Of a DNA stretch of 64,000 nucleotides, positions 42,375 to 55,834 are shown in pieces; the stretch's first letter is position 1; each line of letters starts with the position of its first letter. A program made the translations under genes and the position numbers. The DNA lies in the IMG/VR virus record IMGVR_UViG_3300045125_000085, positions 1-64,000 of that record; one strand, written 5' to 3'. A model generated the notes under the pieces. It did not search any database and was not told the DNA's origin. It saw nothing but the letters and a program-made list of their open reading frames with translations. This stretch comes from a virus.

Positions 42375-42641
42375 TTAATCACCTGAGTTTTCTTCATCCT
42401 GCTTTTTCAGCTCTGCATCTGTCAGTCGCTTATAGGCAGGTAGAGGTGCTCTGTACAGGAGCGCTATTGCGGTCAAGGTAACCGCCGTGGTAGGAGTAAG
42501 GTCGACCATGCTGTACGTCATGACCCAAAAGTTATGCCCAGGTACATCTCTACCATTGACAGTCTGGATCGCATAAGCATATTCGCTTATTAGCAGCCAG
42601 TACTCTGAAGGTACCTTTATTGCTAGTCTGTCCACAGACAC
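42375..42641 (-). CDS. Small hypothetical protein
   Basis: ORF followed by a hairpin. Confidence 0.35.
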   Translation of the reverse strand: MSVDRLAIKVPSEYWLLISEYAYAIQTVNGRDVPGHNFWVMTYSMVDLTPTTAVTLTAIALLYRAPLPAYKRLTDAELKKQDEENSGD

Positions 42642-42650
42642 CTGAATCTA

Positions 42651-42833
42651 TCAGTCGTTTAATACGCTAGTACATCTACCTTTTAGCATAGTAGACGAGT
42701 TGTGATACTGATTGCTCAGTACTACAGACTGTGGTGGTTTTTGTTTCCGTATCGTTACGGCGTCTGAAGCCATAATCAGCATCAGCAGTAGAGTCAATGT
42801 GTGACGAGTAGAAAAGAGTATCATTGCGCGCAT
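42651..42833 (-). CDS. Small hypothetical membrane-anchored protein
   Basis: GAGG RBS; hydrophobic N-terminus. Confidence 0.35.
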   Translation of the reverse strand: MRAMILFSTRHTLTLLLMLIMASDAVTIRKQKPPQSVVLSNQYHNSSTMLKGRCTSVLND

Positions 42834-42949
42834 AAGAGTACCTCTAAAAGTAAAATGAGTAAAACGAAAGCTATCTTACCATTACTTCACTTTGTGAAAA
42901 AATATAGAAGACATGCTATAGCCGATTACTAAATCACAGAGAGACTGTT

Positions 42950-45173
42950 ATGACGATACTGTTTTTAAACGACTGGAAAAACTACCCAAACGCTATCGTA
43001 GATACTGAGACGAAGAACTCTAGCTTTATACGGTATAGTGCACTACCCGCGAGATGGGCGTCAAGAACCATGCTTTTCCTTTGCAGCTACATAACCCTAG
43101 CTTACAAGGTATAGATCCATTTAGCCTACAGTTGACGATACAGCAGATGGCTGATATAGCCATAGAGTGTAAACGTAACTTCTTCTACTACGCTAGAGAG
43201 ATCATTCGAGTACCACCACCTTCAGGACCAGGCGTGACGTACCTAGCTGCTAATCGTGGTAATATCGCTTTATTCTGGTTGTTCTTAAACCATGTGACGA
43301 CTATACTCATACAGCCACGACAGACTGGGTAAGTCTGTATCTACAGATGCGCTACAAGTCTATCTACTGAACCTACGCTGTCAAAACACTACGATCAATT
43401 TGCTGACTAAAGATGATGATCTACGTAGCCGTAACTTTGACGCGTATTAAGGATATCTCTAGTGAGCTACCATGGTATCTACAGCTACGCTCTAAGAAAG
43501 ATATCGCTAATACGGAAGAGATCACTATTAAGACTTTGAATAACCGCTATAAAGGACACTCTACCGCATCAGTCACCTAAACAAGCCTTAAACGTAGTGT
43601 AGAGGTCTGACGAGTCCTGTCTTCCACATAGACGAGTTTGCTTTTCTGTACAATATCGAAATCATGCTACCTGCTGCATTAGCAGGTGGTGGTGCTGCTA
43701 GAGACGTAGCAGCTGAGCGAGGTGAGCCGTATGGTACTATCTATACGACGACTGCAGGTAAGAAGAACGATAGAGATGGTAAGTATGCGTATCAGATCAC
43801 TACCTGCTCAGCTGTCTGGAGTGAGAGATTCTTAGACGTAGCGGATCCTACTGACTTTAGAGCATGTGAATACGAAGATCAGCACCTAAAGGCGAGTATC
43901 GTGTCAACTGTACTTTCAGTCATAGACAACTAGGCTATAGTGATCATTGGCTCAAACGTAAGCTAGAAGATACTAATGCTACTGGTGATGATGCTAATCG
44001 TGACTTCTTCAACGTATGGACGTCAGGTACGCAGTCTATGCCCTTACCGACTTACCTCATGGAGCGTATCCATCAGTCACGTCAGTTAGATAATCATGCT
44101 GAGATCACTAGACCATACGGCTACATTACGCGCTGGTATATACCTGAAGCTACTATTAAAACGACTATGCAGGAATACAGTACGCTGATGGGGCTAGATA
44201 CTAGTGACGCCGTAGGTAGAGATGACATAGGTATGGTCATAAGGCATGTAGTCACCGGTGAGATACTCGCTGCTGGTAATTACAATGAGACTAACCTCAT
44301 CACCTTTGCTGAATGGATAGCACTGATGTTAGAGCAGTATCCGAAGATGACATTGATCATAGAGCGTAGATCATCCGGTGCAGCTATCTTAGACTACGTG
44401 ATACTCATGCTAGTCAATAAAGGCATAGATCCATTTAAACGTATCTACAATAAAGCCGTACAGGATGCCGATGAAGTACCGGAACGCTTTAAAGAACTCC
44501 AGCGTCCGTTTCATATACGTCATCAGGAAGTATATGTCAAGTATCGTAAGCTGTTTGGCTTCGCTACCTCAGGTACAGGGACTACGAGTCGTACTGAGCT
44601 CTATACGACGACATTACTAGCAGCTGCTAAGAATACAGGCGATAGAGTCAAAGATCCAGTGCTAGTCGATCAGAATACTAGGACTCACTACCAAGAACGG
44701 TAGGATAGACCATGCCGATGGTGAGCATGACGATGTCTGTATCGCATGGCTGTTGACGTACTGGTTATTGAGCAATGGCAAGCACATGGACTTCTATGGC
44801 ATCAATAGCCGTGAGATCTTAAGAGAGATCAAGCAACAAGATCCTGATCAGAAACCAGAGTATGTCTATCAGCGTAGATTACAACTACAGATACGTCAGC
44901 GTATAGAACAACTCACTGAGCAGATCAAGAATGAGCATGATGAGTATGTGGTGCATAAGCTAGAACGTGAACTAATGGGCTTAGGACATACAGATCGTAC
45001 TGGATGACGGTGAGACCTTTAGTATCGATACTCTGCTGAATGAGCTAAGGCTTACAGAAACAATCTAAGAGTCAGCAGCAGCGCAGCATGGCGTTAGGTA
45101 GACAGAACCCATATGGCGGTGGCACTGGATACTTCATAAGCAGCCTATGCAGCAAGGCAATCGTTACTGGTAA
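42950..45173 (+). CDS. terL: Terminase large subunit (phiKZ gp25-like); frameshifted
   Basis: MTILFLNDW..., ANRGN, PRQTGKS Walker A, IDE Walker B, TTTAG, GLDTSDA nuclease motif, DH--G-HDD. Confidence 0.9.
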
Positions 45174-45184
45174 AAAAGTAAAGA

Positions 45185-45223
45185 GCATATAGCCAGGAGA
45201 GCATGATGCTCTCCTGGCTATGC
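45185..45223. terminator. Bidirectional hairpin after terL
   Basis: GCATATAGCCAGGAGAGCA-T-GATGCTCTCCTGGCTATGC. Confidence 0.8.
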
Positions 45224-45227
45224 TGAT

Positions 45228-45700
45228 TAGTTTAAGATGCTACTCGATCCCTTAGAGTGGCTACCTCAAATACTCTTTAGAGTAATAGCCATCCGATCTA
45301 CCACACCACCGGATAGTCACCCCGCCTTTCACAGTGTCGAACTTGTAATAAGCCCCACATTTCATCACCGGCGCTATAACTACAGTCCTCTCCGTCCTCA
45401 CTAGTATAAGTAGCAGAACGCTCTGTAATCTCTCCCTTCGACAGCCTCAGCTACTACCAAGGGTGTGCCTATCAGGTCTTGTAAATCGCCCACGATATCC
45501 TCTATCCAGACTGACTCACAACAGTCTTGAGGATGGTAGAAACGCACGCTCAGAATGTCTGAGGTAGATAGACTCCTCAAACACTGCTAGCATTTCATTC
45601 TTTTCTTCCTCCTCAGTCGGGATAAAGGCTTATGCTCTCTATGGTCAGATCCTACCAATACAGACAGATCGCCCATAGTCCCTTTCAGATCGTTTGAATT
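45228..45700 (-). CDS. Conserved phage hypothetical protein; heavily frameshifted
   Basis: FYHPQDCCESVWIEDIVGDLQDLIGTPL--AE motif, seen in many phage hypotheticals. Confidence 0.55.
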
Positions 45701-46186
45701 TTAGTCACCCCGCACCTCTTTTACTGCTCGATGATAGGGTAATGGTAGCTTGCTTGAAACATCGCTTTATCTTCTAGCAACTGATAGAAAAAGTCTACGT
45801 GCAGTAACATACTCTTCAGGTAAGCTAGTAACGCACGATCCCCATTCGTCAATGCGTAATTACCATCTCGATACGTATCTTCGATGTCGTCGATCTTGCG
45901 AGTGATGTAGCTGCTTAAACTCTTCAGTCGTCAATGGAGTCGGATGCCTAGTACGATACTCAGCTAATAACTGACGAATAAACTCACTACCACGTAAGAG
46001 CCGATATACTTCAGCGATGATATCAGCTGCATCTTTACTTTCTTCTAAAACTGACAAGGGCCTTTATCCACGATTGCTCTCCTCCGACTCACACTGTTAG
46101 CTTCGCGACATTGCTCAGTTTCTTCACACTGCTCTATAGCTAATTGGTAAAACTTCCAGAAGATGTTTTTCAGCATAGGAGTGATT

Positions 46187-46504
46187 TTAGTCGCTGCCTC
46201 TAAGGTAAACACGATAGTATCCGTGACAGCACCGTTTATTGTTAATGTAACTGTACTCAGTCTCTTGCTCGATATTGACTTTCACTCTCTGCTTAGCTAC
46301 ATAGAAAGCTTCGATATCCACGCGCATGCCGATTGACGATATGCTCGTATATCTCGAATAGATCCACCCACGATAACTTACAGCTATTATTCTCCTGATA
46401 GAACTGCACAGATTTTCACTGGCGTTAACGCTGATGTCGGCTTTACGATCACCAGTGATTTTGATTTGTAAGAAGGTATTGCTTTCGATATTTATCATGA
46501 TCAT
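46187..46504 (-). CDS. Hypothetical early protein
   Basis: ORF downstream of a promoter-like motif at 46523-46539. Confidence 0.4.
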   Translation of the reverse strand: MIMINIESNTFLQIKITGDRKADISVNASENLCSSIRRIIAVSYRGWIYSRYTSISSIGMRVDIEAFYVAKQRVKVNIEQETEYSYINNKRCCHGYYRVYLRGSD

Positions 46505-46607
46505 GCTCTCAGTTAAAATAGACTCATATTAAGTATACTTTGCTGTAAAACTTTTCAAATGGATAGAGCCTCTCGTGCACTAATCGGCACGAGAGGCTCT
46601 ATGAGGC

Positions 46608-48310
46608 TCATACGGTCACGAGTACTGCAGCCGTCATGGCTAACTGTATATCACCCGCTGGTGACTCCTTGAACCAGCGTATCTTAAAGGTAGACTCATC
46701 CGTAGCCACCCAGGTCAACGTGATAGGCTTATTCCACTCATCGATAGACACGATCATGCGATTCAGTCCATCGATCAGCTCGAAGTGAGTAGGCTCTGGT
46801 GCCTTCAGTTCTACTTCAGGATTAAATAGCGGATACATGCGATAGTACACGCGCTCTAACCATAAGCTAAAGATAGTCTCGTTCGGACACAGCTTTCACG
46901 ATAGTAGGCGATCCAGGCGGACCAGGATTAAACTGCCTGACTAAGAAAGTCTGATCACCGTAATGCGGTAATCCCGTACCAGGCTCCGTCAGTACTGTCC
47001 ATGGCGTACTCAGTCCATTAGGCGGATGCTTTAAGACGATGTCGACCGACTGTACATGTACGAATGGTTTAAATGCACTCGATACATCACGCAGATTGAT
47101 ACTCACTGTCTTATGCTGGATATAGCCATATCCTGCTGGATCAAATACACCCGTCGCTTCAGATAGCTGGACTAGCTCAGTCACATCGAACATGACATTG
47201 CGGTCTAACGTGTACAGATACCACTGCAGTCTATAACCTACATAGTTACTGATATACACTGGGAAGACTAAGAGCTTTACGGTATATGAGTGGTTAGGGT
47301 TGATAGTCTGGATCTGGTAGGGCTCGGTCAGATACTTATTATCACCACTAGTAGCATGATAAGTGACTTCATTCGCACTGAGTCTATAGGCTAAAACGAG
47401 ATCATACTTTTGCCCAATGATAGTCGAGAGGTACTGATCTAAACCGTACAGTGAGAACTTACTACCATCTACAGGTAATCTAGCTGTATCACCATTGCTA
47501 TAATGCACGACCCCGATAGGATTCAGAGCACTGACTGGTACGTTGAGCGGGAAGCTGATGACACGATCTTCAGTAGCCGATAAGAATGGACACTCCAGAC
47601 TGATATGACTGATATAGCGCTGCGGTGCACTCAATGACCGAATGAAGCTAGTATTCTCTACCAATAACTGACGCTTACTGATGACATGGCCTTCGTCATT
47701 ATAACAGACTACCATCGCTAACTCACCATTCAGTAAGCTAGTATTAGTGTGACACACTGCTACTGTCTTGATAGCATAGTTCACCACACTGTCGATAGCG
47801 ACTAACTCTAAAGGTACGATATCAGTAATGAAAGCACCTGATGCGTCGTATAACCTAGAGATGATGTTAGCTGGATCTTTAGCATCTACACCACGAAAGA
47901 TCTTAGCATATTTAGCCATAGTCCCAGCTATCTTCAGTCTAGCATCTACCGCTAATACATGTGGTACTACTGTAGTATCGACATACAGTCTATACGTATC
48001 ACTAGGCGTACCTGGCCCTACTCCGAACAATACATCAGTAGGTGTCAAGCTATCATCGACTCTAGTCGGTCTTAATTCTTCTAAGCTAGGTAGCAATGTG
48101 ACTGGATCGATGCTATTCACTACAGAGACACTGTAGTAAGGTCTAGTGATATCGACGACTAAGTCGTTGACTTTAGGTACATACTTACACGACACCGATA
48201 CCACCTTGCCATATCTCATCTATATTCCATACTGTCCATCTGGTCTGACGGACGATAATAGGTACGATGCCGTCAGTCCCGACGACACCTAAGACTGTAG
48301 GATCAGTCAT
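46608..48310 (-). CDS. Virion structural protein (phiKZ gp26-like); frameshifted
   Basis: YVPKVNDLV-D, YVDT-V-P----VD-R; lies in the terminase-sheath block. Confidence 0.7.
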
Positions 48311-48329
48311 GGGAGACTCCGATGCGGAT

Positions 48330-50919
48330 CTAAAGTAATGAAAGGTGCCAGATCGACTTTATTCGGACAGTAGATCCGCACGACCTGATGGATAAAGCGA
48401 TACTGATAGAGATTCAGAGCGATAGTGCGATTGATGTTGATTGGATGGATCTCACGAAACGACTATCTGGCGGATGATCTACTTTAATAGGATCGAACCG
48501 TAACCAATCAGCATAGCGTTGACAGATAGCGATGACTTCCATATCAGTCATCTCACCTGAAAGCTCTATCGTCGGTAACTCTTCGCTATATAACTGAAAG
48601 ATCAGCTTGCATAGAAACGGACTGACGATAGCATAACGCTCAGGTATAGCCGCTAATCCTAAATCAGCTTGCGGATACTTGATACGTTAAGTACTGACTG
48701 ATAGCTCTATCTATACTCAGTGCCTGCTCATGCAGCTGGTAAGTATCATGAGCAGTGATAGGATCCATAGGCACGATGATCTCTTCTGATCACATACGGC
48801 TTACCATTAGTGACTGCTAAAGGATCTCTAGTCTTGAGCTCTTCAGCGAACCTGACTTGCTCAGCTAACTTGACTCTACCATCTACCACGATACGTTGTA
48901 CTGCATCATCTCTAAGATCATAGCGACGATTATACGACAGAGCACCATGCATGACATAACTGATATCAGCCGGATCAGCTACTTTGACATCTCTAGTCGT
49001 AAACCCAGTACAGCGTATATGGATCTGCTGCTCCGTCGTATTCGGATCAGCAGTCAGATAAGCTTTATTAGTAATGACGACTTCAGGAAAGTCTATAAAG
49101 TAGTCTAAGCCTTGGATCAAGCTCTTACCATTTAAGAAGATATCGATATTACCGTACGGTACGAGCAGGATATGGTTCTTAATACCATCGCCTCTATCTT
49201 CCATCGCTGATAATGGAAAGCGCATAGTGCCATCTATAGGTACGAATGCTAAGTCATACATCAGAAATGACTGATCCGAGCGTATGCATAGCAATTGATT
49301 CGGGGTACCGCTCTTGCCAAATCGCTTTACCATCTGCTACGTAGTAATCGTCACTATCTGTGATATCCTGCCAAGGCCCTCCCCAGTGAGCTACCCCATC
49401 ACTATCTCTACTGCGTACACCTAAGTATACTCGGTAATGACCACTCGTAGGTAATACAGCCTCATCTTTACCATAACTAGTAAAGGGCTGATAGCTACCT
49501 ACACCGTAAATACCTTCAATAAAGCGAGCAGTGAGATTATTTGCAGTATAAGCCCAACCACTATCATGCACATAAGCTCCAAGATAAAGTCCGTCTGCGT
49601 CGTATTCATAAATCGTGCCGCCGTAATGTAAACCTAAGGGTAATTCTACCGTGCCGGTAAGTACTGTCCATGTTTAAGACTAAAGGAGTACGTCCTATGA
49701 GCTGACTCAAAGCTCGATATCCATAAGCATCTTCGACTAAATCAGGAGTAATCTGATTAGCTAAATCTTGCATGATAGCCGTATAGCTACTTTGCTCTAA
49801 GTGATCAGCTTGCCAATTGACTACACCGCCATCCGTACCTAATAAAGCCGTGACGATCTCATTATCAGTCAGCTTGTACAGCTCATGGATACGATTCGTC
49901 TCATAGACTAAAGGTCTAGCATAACCACTATGACGTACATGCAGTCGTATCGCTAGATCTTCTAACCGTATCCCAGTCGTACCGTAGCGCTGCTGCATAG
50001 CCCGTACAAAGTACTGGACATTATTGACTGAGACGCTATAGTCCTGATGCGTCAGCATCCGTACTGCAGTAGGCTGATTACGATGATAGTACAGACCTTT
50101 CTTAGCATGGCTGCTACTATCGTCTACTATGTAGAAGTCTATGTCGTCATGATAGCGGATATAAGGACTACTAGTCTTAGGCGTATGTAACAGATACTTA
50201 CGCTGATTATCTAAGGTACTATCGAAGCTAGCGATATCACTCAGCTTAAAACTAATCGTCTCATAGACACTACTATCGTAGACATATTCGACACAGCTAC
50301 CTAGCGTCATAGTAGGTAAAGTCAAAGCTGGTACCCACTGACCATTGATATACGCAGTCGTCAGTCCAGGCTCTAATACCCATCTATCATACTCATGCTG
50401 AAAAGCTAGCATGTCGCCAGGATGCTTACAGATCAAGGTATTCGTGTGCAGTGCAGTCGGTCTATCATTTCTATCACTACTGAAGTAAGCATTCTGATAG
50501 ACTCTGAAGTATAAGTCACCTGCATAGCAGTCACTCATAGTAGCTACTACTCGTATCGCTAGTATCAGGTTATCATTTTCAGTCCAGCGATAATAGACAC
50601 TATCTTTAGGTAGCTGACGGCCATCTTCCGTATAGCACTCTAAATAAGTCGTACCACTATTAATAGAGTCTTTAATAGTAGTCCAGCTATCATTACCTAC
50701 ATGCAGTATGTCGACGATCTCATCAGGGCAATAGCCTATTTGAAATAAGTGATAGTTGTCGACTATACTCGGTAAAGCTATCCATTGCTTATGGATGGGA
50801 TACCTGACTCGTGCACCCACTGCAGGTGATAATCGAGCAGGCTTAAAGATATATTGGCGATCTTGCTCAGGATTACACCACACATGACGTATGGCGTGTT
50901 GGACGAGCCAGTGTGACAT
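48330..50919 (-). CDS. Virion structural protein (phiKZ gp27-like); frameshifted
   Basis: L--HA---VWCNP-QDRQ, F-S-LD---KYLLH, FLNG-SLI-GLDY. Confidence 0.7.
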
Positions 50920-50930
50920 GAGGATACCTA

Positions 50931-51965
50931 TTATAATTCGACGGCAGCTAATGCCTCTAGGGCAGAGGCGATACCACTTCTACGATCTCGATCTGCTTCT
51001 AAGTAGTTGTCTTGAAACAGAGCCATCGCGTTGATGAAATCAGTACGACTACTACCTTTAATATAGCGTTCAGCTAACTTAGCTATGACTGAATTCCTAT
51101 ACGTACGCTCTTGTAAAGCATGGTAAACTATAGTAGTCCAAGTAGGTGGATGCTCTAAAGCCATCGCTAAGATCTCTTTAGCATTCAGCCCAAACCAACT
51201 CTGTCCAGTCAGCGTGATTAAAATGCCTGCATTAAACTTCTCTAAACGAATGTTCTGCAGCAAGTTTTTCACCGCTTCGCAGTATAAATCCAAAGTACCC
51301 AGAGGCATACTTTTGATCTCAGAAACTAGCGAATTTACTAAGGTCCCAGGGGCAGGGGTCGCTTTAATGATATGAATTACGGCTGCCTGCGCAGTATCGT
51401 CATCCAGTTGGGGTGACTCTTGGAACAATGATTGGTAGTGCATATAACTCAAGCAGAACAATGCGACTTGATCTCTAGGATCTAATGCGTATTGTCTGCT
51501 GATGAGTTCACTGAGCCATCCGGCATAGACCGTAGCAGCACCTGTAAATTGGTTCTGCATCGGTCTAGCTCCGCCAGTCAGCCAGGCTAAGTTTAATACT
51601 AGACGAGTCTTCGCTAAAGAAAACTCCGTCATATTACGTATCGCTGGTGTCGGCGACCACGCATCGTCGAGACGATCTTTGCGGACAAAGGGCCTAATGT
51701 CCGCACAAAGAAAATCATACCCTCGCGTCCCAGTGACTAGCAGTGGGTGTGCAAATAAAGGAATGTTCGACTCGGAGGTCAGTGCGCCGGTCACCACCAG
51801 CGGGCGTATATCTAACGTGGTGATGATATCTAGGTGCTGGTTGTACAGCATATCTTTGATACAGGCTTCTTTTATAGCCCTCTCGACAGGCTTCACGACC
51901 AAACTAGATCCGATTGTGGTTTCGTAACTGGTTCGAAAAAACATACGGTATGCCTCTTTTTGCAT
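50931..51965 (-). CDS. Virion structural protein (phiKZ gp28-like)
   Basis: Y-TT, P-F-HP, D-R, ALEHPPTW; divergent from the sheath gene. Confidence 0.7.
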   Translation of the reverse strand: MQKEAYRMFFRTSYETTIGSSLVVKPVERAIKEACIKDMLYNQHLDIITTLDIRPLVVTGALTSESNIPLFAHPLLVTGTRGYDFLCADIRPFVRKDRLDDAWSPTPAIRNMTEFSLAKTRLVLNLAWLTGGARPMQNQFTGAATVYAGWLSELISRQYALDPRDQVALFCLSYMHYQSLFQESPQLDDDTAQAAVIHIIKATPAPGTLVNSLVSEIKSMPLGTLDLYCEAVKNLLQNIRLEKFNAGILITLTGQSWFGLNAKEILAMALEHPPTWTTIVYHALQERTYRNSVIAKLAERYIKGSSRTDFINAMALFQDNYLEADRDRRSGIASALEALAAVEL

Positions 51966-52139
51966 GTATAATGCATGACTATATTAAAACGCTATAGGTG
52001 CTTTTGCTAGCACCGATACCCACTCAAAGCATTAGCCGTGCGGTATTCCAGCTATTTTTTTATGTCGTCTTGGTAAAAAGTAGCACACCGACGAGACGCT
52101 TTCGGCCTGATTGTTTTTCTTATCCCCCTTGAGGTCAAC

Positions 52140-54221
52140 ATGGCATCTATATATCTCATCAATGCCGCACCCATGGTGCAGCAACTGGGTACTCGGGATT
52201 TGAGTACCGTCCAGGTCCCACGTGAGCCCGAACAATATGCGCAGCATTTACCGAAATGCTTTCTGTTTGCCCAATCAGGACCGTTGACGCCTCAACTCGT
52301 ATCCGGTGCTGAAGCAGAACGCATGTACGGTACCAAGACGTTTGATCTGCGTAGCAAATTCGCTACTCATCAAACCGTCTTTACCAAGCTCATGTTTGCA
52401 GAAGATAACAACGTCATGGTCCAACGTGTCATCTCTGATGATGCGGGTCCTGAAGCGAATGTTTTGCTGTCCTTAGACGTACTGCCGACTAAAGTCGATT
52501 TGTACGAACGTGATCCGTCTGGCTTGATCAAGCTGGATGCGATGGGTGCACCGATTAAGAAAGGGACTGCAGATGGCTTTAAAGTCATGTGGGTCACTAG
52601 CCATATCAGCAATAAAGCTAATATCGGTAACTTCGGTCAAGCCGCAGTAGTCGCTGGCTCACAGACTGATCCAGTCTCAGGTGCTCAGTCACAGCGCTAT
52701 CCTATCTTTGAATTTAAAGCTTCATTCTTAGGTGAATCTGGCAATGACGGTGGTCTGCGTATCTGGGCTCCTACGCTCGATACTGAAGCCAATATGCCGA
52801 CTGCCATGATGGCTAAGGAACGTGCTTATCCTTATTATGTCAGTATGATCCGTAGGCCGGATTCGTCCAGCTCACCGAAAGTCGTGCAGACCCAGATGGG
52901 TGATCAGTACGTCTCAGTAGTGCTGAAAGAAGGCGTGATCGATCCGATTACTGATCGTGAAATGTTCATGGGCGATATCCTGCTGAACAACTATCAGAAC
53001 GTCACTGATCCTGCTTATCCGAAAGTATTCGGTGACTTCAGCACGATGGCGATCTATGAAGAAAACCTGGCTGAGCTTGCTGGAACAGTTCCATGCGGCT
53101 GAAACGCCGTATATCGATCTGTTCTCAGACTTCACTAGCGATATTGGCAGACATCCATCTGTTCAACATCATTTCAGGCGTATCTAGCCAGAACGTACCT
53201 TACCATACTTTCCAGTTGGTAGATGGTGCTGGTAGCATTCGTCCGACTCAGTTCTCTAACATCTTTGCAGCTGGTGGCAGCGATGGCACCATCAGCAATG
53301 CCGTGTTAGGTGACTTAGTCAAGAACTACATGCTGGGCTACTTAGATCCGAATAGCGAACTGCAAGAACTGGCTCTGAACATCGAATCCATTATCTACGA
53401 TACTGGCTTCCCGTTACAGACTAAGTATGCCCTGGCTAATATCATCGGTCTGCGTAAAGATACCTTCGTAGTATTGGGTACTTACGATGTCGATGGTCCG
53501 GTCATGACGCAGTCAGAAGAACATTCTGTCGCTGTAGCGCTGCGTACTCGTCTGCAGATGTTCCCTGAATCTGATTACTTCGGTACGCCGGTCATGCGTG
53601 GCATGATCGTAGGTCGCAGTGGTACTTTACGGAATAGCCAGTATAAAGGCAGACTGCCGTTGACGTTTGAAGTAGGTATCAAAGCTGCACGCTACATGGG
53701 TGCTGGTGATGGTCGCTGGAAGAACGGTCGTAACTTTGATGGTGCGCCTGGATCAGTCGTAGAAAACATGACTGATATCTCGATCACTTGGGTGCCGACG
53801 ACTGTACGTAACAAGAATTGGAGCGTAGGTCTGAACTGGGTACAAGCGTTTGATCGTCGTAGCTTCTTCTTCCCTGCGTTGAAGACTGTATACAACGATG
53901 ATATGTCTGTACTGAACAGCTTCATTACGGCTATGGCTATCTGTACTTTGAACAAGGTCACTGCAGCCGCATGGCGTCAGTTCTCTGGCGTATCTGGTAT
54001 CAGCAATGGCTTGTTGATTGATCGCACTAATGCTTTCATTAAGTCACAGACCCAGGGTCGTTTTGATGAGTCGCTTTGTGATTGAACCGGCTGCCTTCTT
54101 CACCGATACCGATGTACTGAATGGCTTTAGCTGGACAGTCCCAGTCAAGATCTATGCTAACAACATGAAGACTGTAATGACTTCTTATGTTGAAGCTTAT
54201 CGTGCCGGTGGTACGGCTTAA
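52140..54221 (+). CDS. Contractile tail sheath protein (phiKZ gp29-like); frameshifted
   Basis: NAAP----G--D-S, QHLP, GGSDGT, YDTGF-L-TK, PES-YFGT, final NNM-TV. Confidence 0.88.
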
Positions 54222-54241
54222 CCCTTACCGGAGTATAAATT

Positions 54242-55299
54242 ATGTCACGTATAACTAATGCCATTATTGGCCAATACATCGAGCATGGGCTCAATGGCAC
54301 GACCGCACCCATGTTGGACTTCTCCTACGGCGGTCAGCATGGCTATTCACCTAATCTAGTCGAATGGGTTTCTAACCAAGCCTATATTCGTCGTAACCTG
54401 ATTTGCATTCTGTTAGAAGCACCAGGTTTCTTTCAATTAATGCAGGATCCTACTGTCTGGGTACGTTCTTTGAAATCATTTGGTAGAGTTACATGCTCGT
54501 ACTATCGAAGGTTTTAATGCAGCTCTGACATGTAGAATTCGCCGAACATCCGGTCGGTGGCGCCGGTGAACTCCAGCAAGAAGTCACTGATGTCAAGCGG
54601 GCTCGTACTGAACCAGTATTTGGCTTTGTCGAAAAATACGGTCGCCCTATTCAGACTTTCTTAGAAATGTGGATACGCTACGGCATGATGGATCCGGATG
54701 CTAAGATCGCACTGGCTGGTACTTTAACAGGTACTGGTACTACTGCTACCAGAGGCACTTATACAGGGCAAAACGGCAGGTACTTTATCTGCAGTTAATG
54801 GACGCCCCAGCTGATATTCTGGCAGATTGGTCTACTATGACTTGTTTGTTTATTGAGCCTGATAACTTACATCGTCGCGTAGTGAAGGCTTGGGTCACGA
54901 CGAACATGATGCCTAAGGAAACAGGACCAATCGAAGGCAAACGTGATTTGACCTCAGCTTCTGAATTGCTAGAACTGTCTATTCCGTTTACCGGTATCAG
55001 TCAGTATGGCTTAGGTGTAAACAAATTAGCCCAAGCTATTTTAAATAACATCAACGTCACTAATGCGGTACCGTTCCTGCACAAGGCATTTATTAACACC
55101 GCTGATAGTAACGTAGCTAGTTTGAGCTACAACTTACGCTGCTGATAATTATACTGCCACGTATACTGCAGTAGATAATCGCGGTTACTTCAACAATGCT
55201 GAAAATAATGCCGGTGTGAGAGTCAGTGGTGAGAAGTCAGTTGATGCCACTACACCCGATGCCACTACACCTGACGCCACTACACTCCTCCTAACTTAA
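54242..55299 (+). CDS. Tail tube protein (phiKZ gp30-like); frameshifted
   Basis: GGQ-G, WVSNQAYIRRN, EKYGRPI, FIEPD, TNM-P. Confidence 0.8.
55243..55287 (+). repeat. 3 x 15-bp tandem repeat (DATTP)
   Basis: GATGCCACTACACCC / GATGCCACTACACCT / GACGCCACTACACTC. Confidence 0.85.
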
Positions 55300-55458
55300 T
55301 AATATCTAATATTTTCTAAAGCCCTGGCCGGTAAAGCCAGGGCTTTATGCCGCGTAGCTGAAAAAAGAAAGACGGCATAAAGGGTGCAGCTTTCGCCACA
55401 CCCTAGTGAGCTAGAGGATTATCTTAAGGAAAACGCCAAGTGTAACATTGCATTCATG

Positions 55459-55758
55459 TTATCCATCCTTACTTTGTCTATAGACCGATAGACGCATAAG
55501 AGCTTCTCCCAGTCGATTTGTTTGAGCGGGCTGTCTGTCAAAGATGATATTGCCGTTGTCTCTTACCTCGATGACGACTTCGCCATCTTCACGTTTCTCC
55601 ACGATGATCTCCATGCCGTCCTTAGCATAGACGACGAGATTCTGAATCTCATCGTCACCGGTCGCCAGCCGAGCTAACTCAGCGATTGTAGTTTCTGGGA
55701 CATCCATCACGTTCCAGTCGTCCAAAACCAAATCGGTAGTGAGCGTAACTTTGCTCAT
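55459..55758 (-). CDS. Small acidic hypothetical protein
   Basis: GAGG RBS; flanked by hairpins. Confidence 0.55.
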   Translation of the reverse strand: MSKVTLTTDLVLDDWNVMDVPETTIAELARLATGDDEIQNLVVYAKDGMEIIVEKREDGEVVIEVRDNGNIIFDRQPAQTNRLGEALMRLSVYRQSKDG

Positions 55759-55834
55759 TTATATTTACCTCGTTAGTATTGTAGAGCATATAGCCTACTG
55801 CACTAGATGTACAGTAGGCTATGCATGATTAGCT

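Noticed and set aside
52050-52070. Late promoter (TATG) upstream of the sheath gene
   Set aside because: A four-base motif is too short to support without transcript data.
52140-55299. Programmed frameshifting or pseudogenisation of essential genes
   Set aside because: Removing single extra bases restores the frame (for example near 53077 and 53146 in the sheath gene). Breaks cluster by region and hit essential genes, which points to long-read indel errors.
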